64,000 bases of DNA from Anolis carolinensis. Its lineage: Eukaryota. Under the pieces are notes generated by a model. The model was given only the letters and a program-made list of their open reading frames with translations. It made no database searches and was not told the origin of the DNA. Below are positions 37,086-51,090 of the stretch, piece after piece. The stretch lies in NCBI RefSeq assembly GCF_035594765.1, contig NC_085842.1, forward strand, positions 33,828,782 through 33,892,781, written 5' to 3'. Position 1 is the stretch's first letter. Each line of letters begins with the position of its first letter. Position numbers and translations under genes: made by a program.

Positions 37086-38036
37086 GAGCGTGGACTACCA
37101 TTTTCAAAGGACATTAAACCAGAATGAAATAAACCAGCATCCTTTCTTTTGAATGAAATCTTCCCAGCCTTGCAGTGAATAAGCAGCTGCTAATCTTCCC
37201 CCGAAGTCCATTTTCCACTTTTCCGCTTTTTGCCACAGTTCTTTAATTGCGCTGGTCTGGATCAGCTTATATCCCAGGGAGCCTGGTCTCAGATTGTGTT
37301 GATCCAAGTTCAATTGCATATCCCATGGAGCTGAGTCTACCACCATGAGTCTCCCTCCTTGGGTTGTGATGGATGTCCATCATCTCCATGGTTGGACATC
37401 CATTGCCCTTAAAACAGTTGTAGCTTGATCAGATTCTGAGTATTCAGATGAGGAGAAAGGGGATGCTGGAATGAGGGCCAAGAGGAGAATGGAAGCAGCC
37501 CAGAGAGAGATGTTTTGGAATCTCCTGGCAGTTCCCAAGAAAATGGTGAAGGTGATATCCATTCCCATGGGAACCTACCAGAAGTGCAGACTGAGGGAAA
37601 TGTGTGAGACAATGTTTGTCAAGGTCAAAGAGATTGAAGTTGAGAAATTAAGTCAGACTCAGTTCTCCAAGCGAATGAAAGATAAGGAACAGGAAGGCAG
37701 GTGCAGAAGAAGTGATCTCATGGAATTCATGTGTTCACATTTCGAAGCTGTTCCTGTGTCCTGGTCTTGTGTAGCATAGTTTTGCCTGCCCTAGATTTAT
37801 GTACCTTGTGTTTGAATATCTTGGTGGAATTATTTTAGAGACTTTCCTTGAATGGATTTTTGGGCTTTTGGCTTTTATGAAAATAACCTTTTGAACTTTG
37901 ATTCCCTTTTAAAAATTTGCTTGCTTTTCATATATTCAGCTTTTATTATACTCTGCTTTTAATAAATTCTTACATTCGATCACCTGTGTGGGGTTTGTGG
38001 TGGAAAGAGGCTTCAGGACCCTAGTTGAACAAAAAC

Positions 38037-38467
38037 TGTAGCTTAAGCCTCCAGATATGGATTACAATTCCTGGAGACTCCGTCTAATTAGGAAACACCC
38101 AGCCAGCTGATTGGCTGTCCCAGGGCTTCCCCACCTGGCCATGCCATCCAGAGCCTGCATCAGAAGGTTAGCCGGCTCAGTCCCACCACCTGGCCAGTCA
38201 GGAGTGAGCGGGGTGAGCAGCTGGCATTGGTGCTCAGCCAATCTCAGGCAGGAGAGGGAAAATTCAGAGACAATACTACTGCATGGATATTTTACTGTAT
38301 AAAATAGTTGCATGTTACAATATGGATGTGCTTGTATATATTTGGCATCTGTTGTTGTACATTGTATCCCTTCTGCAGATTGAATAAAGCCTCTGTCATT
38401 TGCCTTCAACTGGTGAGTCTCAACTTCTTCCGGGAACATTGGTGGTTAGCCAGCCTCATTAGGCACA
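38037..38467 (+). mobile_element. Possible solo LTR
   Basis: TG...CA ends with short imperfect inverted termini (tgtagcttaa/attaggcaca), TATAAAA ~38298, AATAAA ~38383; no clear TSD. Confidence 0.45.
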
Positions 38468-39184
38468 AATTCGTGGTATCCATGGTCCTTAGAATTCTAA
38501 ATTTTGATTTCAGGGAGGAGGAGAAGGAGAGAAGGAGGAGAGGAAGAGAGGAGGAGGAGGAGAAAAGAAGGACAACAAGAAGAAGAATGGTAGTAGATGA
38601 GAGATGACTTGAAAACACAAGTACAAACACACATATGCTGAACTGGTGCAGGAGGAGGTCCATGGAAGTGACATTGAACCACCCATTTGGAAGCTGCCTT
38701 GGTTCCCACTCTGGTAGAAAGGTAGCATATTATTAAATAAATGGATTGCAAATAGTTTCTACACTTGGTGACACCAACCCTTGAGACATCATTGCAACAG
38801 ACATACACCTAGAGGTTGTGTGGGTTCTCGAAACCTGCAGGCTTTATGATTCTCCTTCAAAAGGGCATCGGCTTTGCTCACTATCTGTGCCCTACGGGAT
38901 GCAGCTTCTTCCCACGTGTGACGGCAGGGTGAGATAGCGGGTGTGGGCCAAGCTGGTTGGCTCCTTGCTTGCTTCCCTCCCTGGGTGCATCTACACTGTG
39001 TGACACCACATTACCTGCCATGGCTCAATGCTATGGAATCCTGTGGGTTGTAGCTTTACAAGGTCTTTTGCCAAAGAGCGCTGGTGCCTCGCCAAACCAC
39101 AACTTGCAGGATTCCATATCACTGATCCATGGCATTTAAAGTAGTATCAAACTACATTAATTCTACAGTGCAGATGCTCTAACT

Positions 39185-39445
39185 GGATGTCAGCTGTGAC
39201 CAGCAGTGCAGTGGAATTGGAAGAGGCATGAATGGAGGGTGAAAGGGAGAAACGTACCAAGGGAAAGGTGCATCAAGCCAACCCTGACCGGGTCTGTCTT
39301 TCACCTGGAAACAGATACACTCACTGTAGAAGAACATGCAGGTCAAGAGTGGGACTCCACAGTCACCTACGTACCCACCACAAGACACTATACTTGGGGG
39401 GGCCATCATACTCGGACAACGAGGGATCGCCTAAGTAAGTAAGTA
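39185..39445 (+). mobile_element. RTE-clade LINE 3' end
   Basis: HC.RTCRSRVGLHSHLRTH zinc-finger remnant; (taag)n tail. Confidence 0.75.
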
Positions 39446-39988
39446 TAGTGCAGATACACCCTAGAACAGCATGATATCTCTTTGGGTGCCTCTCCACTGT
39501 GGGCTGCTCTCCTCGCCTTCCCAGCAAGTGTGTCTGTGGGCACATCTGTGTGCTTTTCTTTCTTCGCACGTGCCTCTTGTCCCCATTACCTGTCACCTCA
39601 GCCTGACAGGAAACCTCAGCTAAAACCAGGTCACCTCAGCATGTCCCAGTTTCCCCACTTCGGTGTGGTGGAAAGGCTTTTTCGTAGGTGGGGGAAGAAA
39701 GTGGGGAGGAAGGGGAGAGCTGACTTGTTTGAAAAGAGGTGAGGAAGGGGAAGGCAAGCCCTTTTTACCACTGGGAGCCCAAGGTGCAGCGCAGGTAAGT
39801 TTGAATCGAAGCTGAGGGGTATTAGATGCCAGGGGAAGAGGATGGGAGAAAAAGAAGAATTGTGTCCCAATCCCATTAACATTTCCTTCAGTTCCTATAT
39901 TTGTAGCATTGCAAACAACTGGAATGTTTATATCCCCTCTGTTTTGCTAATTTTGCTTGGAGGTGCAGGAAAAATGGGAACATTATTA

Positions 39989-40311
39989 CAGTAGAGTCTC
40001 ACTTATCCAACACTCGCTTATCCAACATTCTGGATTATCCAATGCATTTTTGTAGTCAATGTTTTCAATATATCGTGATATTTTGGTGCTAAATTCATAA
40101 ATACAGTAATTACTACATAGCATTACTGCGTATTGAACTACTTTTTCTGCCAAATATGTTGTCTAACATGATGTTTTGGTGCTTCATTTGTAAAATCATA
40201 ACCCAATTTGATGTTTAATAGGCTTTTCCTTAATCCCTCCTTATTATCCAACATATTCGCTTATCCAGCATTCTGCCAGCCCGTTTATGTTGGATAAATG
40301 AGACTATACTG
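39989..40311. mobile_element. Tc1/mariner MITE
   Basis: Same TIR, TA TSD. Confidence 0.88.
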
Positions 40312-41208
40312 TACCTAAATAAGAATGGCACCTTAGAAATTTGAGGACCAAAAGAAAATTCAGTGGGCGAGGGCATAATTGTTTAACAAGGTTGGATTCC
40401 ATATTAGGAGATTGGGGGGTTATATATTAAAATACTCAAAATCTGTCTGATCTTGGAAGCAAAGGGTGCATCTACACTGTAGAATTAACGTAGTTCAATG
40501 CCATGGTTCCATCCTAAATTATGAGAGTTATACAAGGTCTTTAGAAACACTGCCAGTGATTTTTTTCTTCAGGACCCACATTAGTAGCATTGCAAGAAGC
40601 AAGACCCTTATCACTAGGGCTTTATATTTGCTATCTTCTTGATCCCATAACCTGGCCCTTTTCTTTGGATGCCCAAAATCAATGCTCAGCTGAAGTTTAA
40701 AGTCAATGCAATGCTTGAAATTTGAGGATTGAAGGAGAATTAAATGAGAGGGGCATAACTGTCCCACAAGATTGGATTCCAATATTGCGGGACCTGGGGG
40801 TTATAAATTAAAATACTCTAAAAACATCTGATCCTGTCTTATCTTGGAAGCTAAGGATGCCTCTATACTGCAGAATTAATGCAGTTTGACTTCACTTTAA
40901 CTGCCATGACTCAATCCTATGGAATCATGTAGTTTTACAAGGTGTTTAAAAATCCTTGTGTTTTTTTTCCTCAAGCCTTAAATTAGTATCATTGCAAAAA
41001 TTGACACCCTGAATGCCTGGAACTTTTCTATTTCCTTGGTTCTTGGTAATGTTGCACAAATTTTTTTCTTTGAATGACAAACTGTATTTGTTATCTCAAT
41101 GCTGAACTGAGGTTTTATGTTGCTGCAATGCTAGAAATATTTAGGAATTACAAAAATTACATTAAGGGAGAGAGCATAAGCCTTAGCAGCTGCCTAAATA
41201 CTCTAAAG

Positions 41209-42345
41209 CAGAGCTTTCCAAACAATTCATGTTAGTGACCCACCTTTTTAGATATGCATCATTTCGCACCACAGTCATTTAGTTTTACTAAACCCAATTA
41301 AACCAGTAGTTCTCGACCTTCCTAATGCCACATCCCCTTAATACAGTTCCTCATGTTGTGGTGACCCCCAACCATAAAATTATTTTCGTTGCTACTTCAT
41401 AGCTGTCATTTTGCTACTATTGTGAATCATAATGTAAATATCTGATATGCAGGATTTTTTTCATTCACTGGACTAAATTTGGCACAAATAACCGATACGC
41501 CCACATTTGAATACTGGTGGGGTCGGAGGGAGAATTGATTTTGTCATTTGGAAGTTGTAGTTGCTGGGATTTATAGTTCACCTACAATCAGAGAGCATTC
41601 TGAACTCCACCAACAATGAAATTGAACCAAATTTGGCACACAGAACTCCCATGTTCAACAGAAAATACTGGAAGGGTTTGGCGGGCACTGAACTTGAGTT
41701 TTGGAGTTGTAGTTCACCTACATCCAGAGTGCCCTGTGGACAATGATGGATCTGGATCAAACTTGGCACAAATACTCAATTTGCCCAAATGTGCACACTG
41801 GTGGAGTTTGGGGAAAATAGACCATGACATTTGGGAGTTGGAGTTGCTGGGATTTATAGTTCACCTACAATCAAAGAGCCCCTAGAATCCCAACAACTAT
41901 AGAATTGGGCCAAACTTCCCACACAGAACCCCATGACCAACAGAAAATACTGGAGGGATTTGGGAGGAATTGACAGTGATTTAGGGGGAGATGTAGTTCA
42001 CCTACCTCCAGAGAGCACTGTGAATTAATATGTGTTTTCTGACAGTCTTTGGTGACCCCTCTGACAGCCCCTTGTGACCCCCCCCCCCAGGTTGAGAAAT
42101 GCTGAGATAAACTAACCCCTTATAAGAGGTACATAGATTATGTACATAGGTATACATAGATTGTAATAATGGAATAAATGGAGACACAACATATTTCATA
42201 AAACCCTTTCATTTATATATTTTAAAAACATACTTTATTGCTTATTTTACATAGATTCAAAGAGGTCTTGTTACATGCGTGTGACACACCTCCAAACTGC
42301 AGCCGACACACTAACATGTCCTGACAAACAATTTGAAAAGCTCTG
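41209..42345. mobile_element. hAT non-autonomous element containing a second hAT element (41304-42104)
   Basis: Outer TIR cagagcttt.caaa with TSD ctctaaag; inner TIR cag..gttctc.acc with internal tandem repeats. Confidence 0.8.
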
Positions 42346-42704
42346 CTCTAAAGGCATTTTTTAACGTGTCTGATTTTGGAAGTTAAGCGAGGTCGGCCCT
42401 GGTTTGGACTTGGATGGGAGACTGCCAAATGATTAACAGCGACTATAGGATATATTTCTGAGAAAAGAATTGGCGAAACTGCCTCTGAATATTTTTTGCG
42501 TAATACACTCTTATGACTATTCATGGGATACAACAGGCGACTTAAAAGCTTAGTACATACAAACATACAGTTCTTTTGGGAGGCAATGCACTCATTTTGC
42601 CCTTCCTTATGTTCTAGCAGAAATGACACAGAACGGAAGTAAAAAAATTGATATGGTAGGTCAGCAGTGAGATCTTTTAGTGTTACTTCAATTTTTTTTT
42701 ACTT

Positions 42705-45700
42705 TTTTAAAATATAATTTTTATTAACAGAAAATTATTTTACAATCTTAAAAAAAAAAGAAGGGGTGGTTGGGGATGTAAGGAGTGAGGGGTAAGGATT
42801 TGTGAAGACTAGAGAATTAAGAAAGAAATAGAAGGGGAGACCAAGGGGTGGGTAATTAGCCTGGGAAACTTGTTGACTTCCAATCTCTTTCATCCTGGTT
42901 TAAAGGTCTTTGTTTATATCTTACTCTTCTTTATTTCTGTACCTCCCAGTCGCCTTTTTTCTCCATGTGGATAATTTTTCCATGTGTCTTCCTTAGATTT
43001 AAATTATCATTTTCATTTTTTCTTGTTTCATATAGTCTTGGTATATGTGTGTGTGTGTGTCTTGTTTCATATAGTCATATATAGTCATGGAGCCCCTGGT
43101 GGTGCAGTGGGTTAAACCGCTGAGCTGCTGAACATGCTGACCGAAAGGTCTGTGGTTCGAATCCAGGGAGCGGGGTGAGCTCTCATTGTTAGCCCCAGCT
43201 TCTGCCAACTTAGCAGTTTGAAAACATGCAAATGTGGGTAGATCAATAGGAACCACTCCAGCAGGAAGGTAACAGCGCTCCATGCAGTCATGCTGGCCAC
43301 ATGATCTTGGAAGTGTCTACGAACAACGCTGGCTCTTCAGCTTAGAAATGGAGTTAGCACCAACCCTCAGAGTCGGACACGACTACACTTAATGTCAGGG
43401 GAAAACCTTTTCCTTTACTTATAGTCTTTAAATAATGTCCAATCAGTTGTTTATTTTTTTTGGGGGGGGGGGGGGCTCCCTGGTTGTTTTTAAGTTGTTG
43501 TGTTAAGTTGTCCATGCTTATTATGTCTAATATTTTAGACAGTAGTGTCTACTGATGGAATTTCTTTGTCATTCCAGTTCCTCGTATAGAATATCCTTGC
43601 TGCTGTTACAAAGTAATTGAATAAAATATCTTTATTTCTGTCTAGTTCGAAATCTAACATTCCTAAATAGAAGTATTCGGATTTCATTTGAATTCTTATT
43701 TTCAATATTTTCTGAATTTTTCTGTGGATGTTCTTCGCTATTGGACATGACCACCACATGTGATAAAAATGCTATAATAATATACAAGACAAATGTTGGA
43801 AATGCGAAACACGTGTGTTTTTGAGGGTTTTTTTTTTTTTTGCTAATCACATGTGTTTTTAGGGGTTATATACCACTGATTCATCATTCTGTACCAATTC
43901 TCTTTTAGATCATATGCATAAGTATATTTCAATTTTTTGTTCCAGCTTCTTTCCCATTCTTCCATCTTAATTGAGTGTCCTATATCAGCGGCCCATTTTA
44001 TCATATAATCCTTCTCCTGTTCAGTTTCTGTTGACCATTTCAGTAGTGCCTTGTATATCTTTCTATTTGAATTGTTTTGTCCCATACAGATTCTTTTTTC
44101 CGTGAATCCTATTGCCTTATCTTTGTTATAATAGTCTTTCAATTGTCTGTATTGGAACCATGATACATTCTTACACAATCTGTTGATTTCTTCTTGAGTT
44201 TTTAATATATGATTTCCAATTTGTTTCTTCGATATTTCCTTATATGTTGGCTACTTTTTCCAGGCTAATTCTCTCCTTTGTAATACTTCCAGAGGTGAAA
44301 TCCATAATGGAGTTTTCTGGTAGAATCTACTTTTGTATTTCTCCCAAACCTTAATCAGGGCCGACCTTATAAATTTTTTAAAATTTTTCTCTTGTCATAC
44401 CACATGTATGAATGGCATCCACCTCTAAGGTCAAAACCTTCCAATGTTAAAATCTTTACTTCGTTAAAGTTGGTCCACTCCTTTATCCACAACAACACAC
44501 AAGCTTCGTAATATAATTCCAAATCTGGGAGGCCGAAGCCGCCTCTTTTCGTCTCATCTGTTAGGTTTAAACATTTTATTCTTGATTTTTTTCCCTTGCT
44601 AGATAAATTTAGCTAAATCTTTATTCCAATTTTAAAAGATGTTTAAAATTGGAATTGTTTGAAAAGGGGATAGCATTTTTGAAGGATATTCATTTTAATC
44701 ACTGATATTATGTCAATTAAAAAGAGGTTTAGATGCTTCCACTTTTCCAAGTCCTTCTTTATTTCTTTCCATTTTGCTTCATAGTTGTTTTTCAGCAATT
44801 GGGCATTTTTGGCTGTTATGTTTATACCTAATTATTTAATTTTATTTGTAATTTGCAGTCCCATTATTTCTTTTAATTTTTCTTGTCTCTTCTTTGACAT
44901 ATTCTTAGTCAGTATCATTGTCTTCTTCTTGTTTATTTTTAGTCCAGATAGTTCCCCAAAATTCTTCTGTTTTGGTCATCCATTTTTGTATGTTTACCAG
45001 CGGGTCTTCTACGATGCATATTAAATCATCAGCAAAAACTCTTATTTTTTAGCCTTGTTTTCTTATCTTTGTTCCAATTAAATTTCTCTCTCTCTTTATT
45101 ATGAATAATAGAGGTGATGGGGCATCCCTGTCTCAGTCCTTTGTTTATCCTAAAACTTTTAGCCTCTTGATCATTTATTATAATTTTAGCTTCTTGATAG
45201 TCATAAATTGGTTTTATCGCATTTGTAAAGTAATGACCTATATCCAATTCTTTTATTATAAGAAGGAAGAAATCCCAATTCACATTGTCAAATGCCTTTT
45301 CTGCATTTAAGGCTATTTGAGCACATTCTTTTTGGTTGTTCTTGTCGTAATATTCAATTATGTCTATAAGTGTTCTTATGTTAACTTTTATATTTCTTTG
45401 GGGGAGAAAACCTGTTTGGTATTCCTTTATCCAAACTTTCAAAAATAATGTTAGTCTCTCTGCAAATATATCTGAAAATAATTTGTAATTGATATTTGAT
45501 AGTGATATTGGTGTGTAGTTTTTTACATTGGTAGGGTCCAAATTTTCTTTATGTATCATTGTAATGTTCACTGTCTTCCAAGAATCTGGAAATTTTTGGT
45601 CATTGAAGGCTTGATTCATTATTTTCTTCAAAATAGGGGTTAATTCTTCTTTGAATGTCTTGTAATATATTGTTGAAATTCCACCCGGGCCTGGTGCTTT

Positions 45701-47886
45701 GGCTGTGTCTATTTTCTTAATGCCTTTCTAGATTATTCTCGGTTATTTCTTTATTTAATGTTTTTCTATGAAAATCAGATTTTTTTTTTGTAATATTGTT
45801 CACCTAGATATTGTGATATGTCTTCTTTCTTTCTCTGGTCTTTAGAATACAATTTATTATAGAATCTGTTAAACTGGTTAATAATGTCTTGATCTGTTGT
45901 GAAAACCTTATCTTCTATACATATATTAATGATAGGTTGAGCTTGTCTTTTTTCCTAATCTTTTTTGCCAGCCATTTCCTAGGTTTGTTGGCATTCTGGA
46001 AGTAGTATTGCTTAATAAATGTTAGTTTCTTTGCGAATTGTTCTTATTCTTTGTTTCTGGATAATTTCTAATTCTTGTTTACTTTTTGAGTCTTTGGGAT
46101 TTCTTTTCAATTTCTCTTCAGTCTTGTCGATTTTATCCATTACTTTTTGGATTTCTGCATTTTATTTTTTATTTCTAAGTGCATTTTGTTGCATAAAATG
46201 GCCCCTCATCACTGCTTTGCTGGTGTCTCAAACTGTCTGAAATTTCTGGAGTTTCATTAATCATAAAATATTCCTTTAAAATTTCCTTATTTTTCTTTAT
46301 ATCTTTTTCTTCCTTTAGAAGATTGTCATTGAGGTGCCATTTCCTGGGTCTTTGGGTCTATGTTACTTTTAGGGGACAATGGTCAAAATTAGTTCTTGGT
46401 AGAATTTTTATTTTCCTAATCTTTGCTATCAACATATTTGTGGTCCATACCATATCAATTCTGGACCAATTGTGGTGTCTATTTGAGAAGAAGGTATAGT
46501 CTTTTTCTCCCATATGATGTATCCTCCAGGCGTCTTGAAGGTTTAATTCACAGTACAAATTTGTAAAGGAGGAAGGCAATTTTCCTGTAGTTTTTCCTTT
46601 TGATTTCTTTGTATCAGTTTTCTTATCAATCTTGTTGTCCATTATCCTGTTGAAGTCTCCCATTATTATTATTTCATCAAATTCTTTCTTTGAGATTAAT
46701 TATTTTAGTTTTTTCCATAAAGGATGCTTTGGGGTCATTCGGAATACAAATATTACATATCCATATTTTTTGGTAATCTAATGAAATTATAATGTCAATT
46801 ATTCTGCCTTCTTCATCCTTCATAATTGCACTTTTTAATTTGATTAAATATTTTATTTCTTTTGTTCAGTGAATTCAATCTATTCACCTTATTCGAGAAA
46901 CATTTTAATTTCCATCGCCATCTTCTTCTTCATCGGCCATGTCCAGATTTCTCATAGCCATTCCCATAGACAGATCCTCTTTTCCTAGCAACTCAGTTCT
47001 GGGTCTTTTCTTTCCCTTGTGTCCTTTTGATTCTTGTGTCTCGGGTATGTCCATGTCTCTTTTTAATTTCTTATATAAATCCTTTGCTTTGTCTTCCAAC
47101 ATCAGCTGGTACTTTTCCTCCTTATATGTTACCATAATGCCGTCTACTCTTTCCCACCTGAATCTTATTTGATGTTTTTAAATTCTTCAGTAAGGATGTC
47201 TCTTGTCATTTCCAGCCTTTCTAGTCTCCTGTCAGAGGGACTTTTCTGTTGATCTTTTGGTTTTTTAAAAAAACTTCCTTGGTAGCCTAACAAATTCTTC
47301 TCAAGGTCAGTCTGAAAAGTTGTTTTCCTTTAAATGGCATCCCTTTTTGAATTAATCTTTTAAAAGTTTTGAGGGACCACCTTCTTCCCCTTGCAAAAAT
47401 TGTTTTAATTAATTTAATTAGAATTTAATAATTTAAGCAAATTTTCCATTTGATTTTGCCATAAGGTTTATCAGTCCACCATCAATCTTAAATTCTCTCA
47501 CCCTTGATAGGAGTACATCTTCCATAATGATTGAGATTTAATTAGTAAAACTTACTGTTTTGTTGAGCTATTTAGTTCTTCTTCTCTTTGATTTAAAATG
47601 GGCATAAGATGGGTGTTAGCCCAGGTTCTCCAGCCAGAGTCTGGTTCTACCTTCTGCAACCTGATTTTCCCTGCGTTCACCTCGTCCAGGTCCTGGGAGC
47701 TTTTCCCTTGAGGGGAAAAACTCCACCCGACTGTCAGTTTGATGACCTGTGGGCTCTGTGATCCTTCTGACCTTGATCCGTCAGTAAGGATGGAGCTATC
47801 GCTCTATAAAGTTACTGGGAGGGACTGGCACTCAGAGAGCTCTCAGAGTGCCCTGCCAGCCTCCATGCAAGCCACACCGGAAGCCT
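42705..47886 (-). mobile_element. L1 LINE, both termini retained, degenerate (ORF1 remnant, EN, RT)
   Basis: EN motifs GDFN/DAWR/YTF/SRID/DH (46358-46663); RT motifs QTGF, AEKAFD, GLRQGCP (45029-45631); flanking imperfect repeat caa..tttttactt at ~42689 and ~47887. Confidence 0.9.
43089..43420 (+). mobile_element. Sauria SINE inserted into the L1 3' region
   Basis: ggagcccctggtgg head, accttt tail, atagtc flanks. Confidence 0.88.
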
Positions 47887-50261
47887 CAACTATTTTTTAC
47901 TTCCTCTTGTTTAATAAAGTTGGGGTCAATACTGGGAGAGAGGTAGTTCATAAACTAAATACAGTGGCGTCAACAATAATAAAATAAACACTGTTGCTAA
48001 CAACAGAACTTTCTTCCCCTGTATTGGCTCTTGATTTCCTGGAAGCAGGCCAGGGGCAGAGATATTTATTTATTTATTTATTTATTTATTTGCAGTATTT
48101 ATATTCCGCCCTTCTCACCCCGAAGGGGACTCAGGGCAGATCACAATGTACATATATATGGCATTAGACAAGCAACACACAGATAGACAGACACAGAGGC
48201 TATTTAACTTCCCAGCTTCTGGCTTTGTGAGGATATGCCCAATTCTGGCCAAGGAGGAGCTGCTGCTTCATCATCCACTGTGATGACAACGAGTCCTTTT
48301 TTGATGGAGTACTTCCTCATCTGGTGTTGTAAATCAGTTAAATTAGCCTCCCCGCCTAAGCAGTCCCTAAATTTTCCTACTTGACAGATGCAACTGTCTT
48401 TCGGGTTGCTTAGGTCAACAATGAGCAGGGCTATTTTTTATTTTAATGGTCGGGTGCTCATTCTGCCACAGGATGGCCTCGAACTCATGACCTTTTGATC
48501 ATAGTGATTTATTGCAGCTGGCTACTAACCAGCCTGAGCCACAGCCTGGCAAAGGTACAAATATATATATTTGGACTACAAATTCCAGAATTCCTGACTA
48601 ATCTGGGAGTCATACTCCAAAAAAAGACATTTTGACAGCTCCGATAGAAGTGGGCTTTTGTCTAAAACCATTATGATATGATGTTCTACCACAAGAAACA
48701 CATTTTGGAGTTTACAGTCACTCTGAGTATACCTTGCCTAAGACAACCTTATAAAATATATGGGGTTGCCTTAAGTTGACAGACAAATTGAAGGCACTTA
48801 TATAACACAAATGTTGGTTATTCCACAATAGATACTTCACAGAAACTGTTTGGAGCTTTTGTAAGCAATCGGTCTCCCTTTTCAAGGATAGTGCTACCAG
48901 TCTGGCAAAGAAGTTTTAAAAAGCCTTTTTCAGTCCACTCAGCTCTATCTCCTTTCCCTCTTCATTCTCTAAGTGGAATTTATTTTAGCAGTATCAGCAT
49001 TTGGAAAACAGTGCAGAAAAAAACAGAAACAGAGACCTTTAGTATTGGTTTGCAGAAGTATGACTGCTGCAGTAAACACTGCAATAAAACTTGAGCTGGG
49101 AGAAAATACAATTGTTTCTTAGCAATTCTGCTGTAGACATGTGCCTGCCTGTTGCAGCAAAGATAAATAACAGCTGCCTTGGAAATCTCTAACCTAGTGT
49201 GCAAGGACATCAAAACAATGAAAAAGTGGTAAAGTAGATAAGCCTGCCTCAGCAGCCACCAGTAGCGTGTTACAAAATAGATGTATAAATTTGTATATCA
49301 AAATGTAAATAATAAAAAAACAGGAAAAAAGTCAACACAGAATGTATTTGAAAGAGGCTTTTACAATGATGTTGTTTAGTTATGCAAAGCTTAATGTATC
49401 ATGTTTCATATCACATATTCGTATTGTTGGTATCGGATAACTATTTTGCTGAAAAACATTGGAGTACTGTACTGCTCTTTTTATGGCACAGGAATCTAAG
49501 CCAATTTTTAATGTTACGTATTTCTGCATCAGGCGCCCAATTTTCTCTTAAAGGAAAACCTAAGAACACATTAACCTGTTAACACAGGTATACCCATATC
49601 TCCAGAAGGCCAGGTGATGTGATTTGAATGTTGAGCTATGGTTCTGGAGGCCACGGTTCAAATCCATGGGTGACCTTAGGTGGGTCACACTCTCTCAGCC
49701 TCAGAGGAAGGTTAAAAAAAAAACTTGCCTAGAGAACCCCATGATAGGTTTGTCTCAGGGTCACTGTAAGTCAGTAAAAACACAACACAACAGAAGTGCT
49801 AATAAAAAGGTAGTACGTCCCTATAAGACAAAATCAGACAGATCCAGCAAAGAAGCATTCAGTCTCACTTCTCCCTTTCATTAAAGGTTTAGCCCTGTGA
49901 CACGATTCCCATCCGCTAATTCTGAAGGACAGAGTTCTGACACCGTGCTTCTCTGTGTACTCTGTCCACAAACCTTGAATCAGATAGTCTAACGCTTGCT
50001 GATGTGTTGCAATTGTCCACAATATGCATCACATATTCTACAGGAGAGCAGATCAGCTGTTCCTTGCATCTACACAGAATGCTTAGAAATCCTCCTGTTT
50101 GGACAGCAACGTCCACAATTCACGAACCAATTTTTGTGGTGAGTTATAATATAGAATAATATAACTTGCCCAAGATCTGATATTGGGATTCCGTTCCCCT
50201 TGACCTTGTGAAGTGGGAGTTAAAATCAGTATTAGAAAACAACTATTTGTTAGTGGATTGC

Positions 50262-51090
50262 TTTTGGTTTTTTGGTTTGTATGGCCATGTTCCAGAAGCA
50301 TTCTCTCCTGATGTTTCACCCACATCTAGGCAAGGGAGGTTTATATATCTATGGAAGGTCCAGGGTGGGAAAAAGAACTCTTGTCTGTTGGAGGCAAGTG
50401 TGAATGTTGTAGCTTGAATTATTATTGTTTTAGATGTATTGTTGATTTTTATTGATTGTATTTGGGCATTGAATTTTTGCCAGTTGTTGTAAGCTGCCTT
50501 GAGTCCCCTCAGGCGAGAAAGGAAGGGAAAAAATGTTGTAAATAAATAAATAAATATTAATTCAATTATTATTGAATTGAATGCTTGATTAGCATTGAAT
50601 GGTCCTGTGGCTTGAAGGCCTAGCTTCTTCCTGCCTGGAATAATCTTTTGATGGGAGGTGTTAGCTGTCCCTGATTGTTTCATGTCTGGATTTCCTCTGG
50701 TTTTTTTAGTGTTGTTCTTTATTTGCTGGTCTAATTTTAGAGTTTTTAAATACCAGATTTTAGAGTTTTTTTAAATACCAGCCAGATTTTGTTCATTTTC
50801 ATGGTTTCCTTCTTTCTTTTGAAATTGTCCACATGCTTATGGATTTCAATGGCTTCTCTGTGTAGTCTGACATGGTGGTTATTAGAGTGGTCCAGCATTT
50901 CTGTGTTCTCAAATAATATGCTGTGTCCAGGTTGGTTCCTCAAGTGCTCTGCTATGGCTGACTTCTCTGGCTGAATTAGTCTGCAGTGCCTTGATTTGTG
51001 TCTGGGCAATGCTGCGTTTGGTGGTCCCTATGTAGACTTGTCCACAGCTGCATAGTATACGGTAGACTCCTGCAGAGGTGAGAGAGTCCC
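50262..51090 (-). mobile_element. Penelope-like element 3' part with GIY-YIG endonuclease remnant
   Basis: AGVYRILCSCGQVYIGTTKR and SAIAEH...HREAIEIHKH; frameshifted; interrupted ~50415-50570. Confidence 0.9.

Noticed and set aside
45029-45631. 200-aa reverse transcriptase ORF as a functional or domesticated gene
   Set aside because: Fragment of a frameshifted L1; the frame breaks before the catalytic ADD motif
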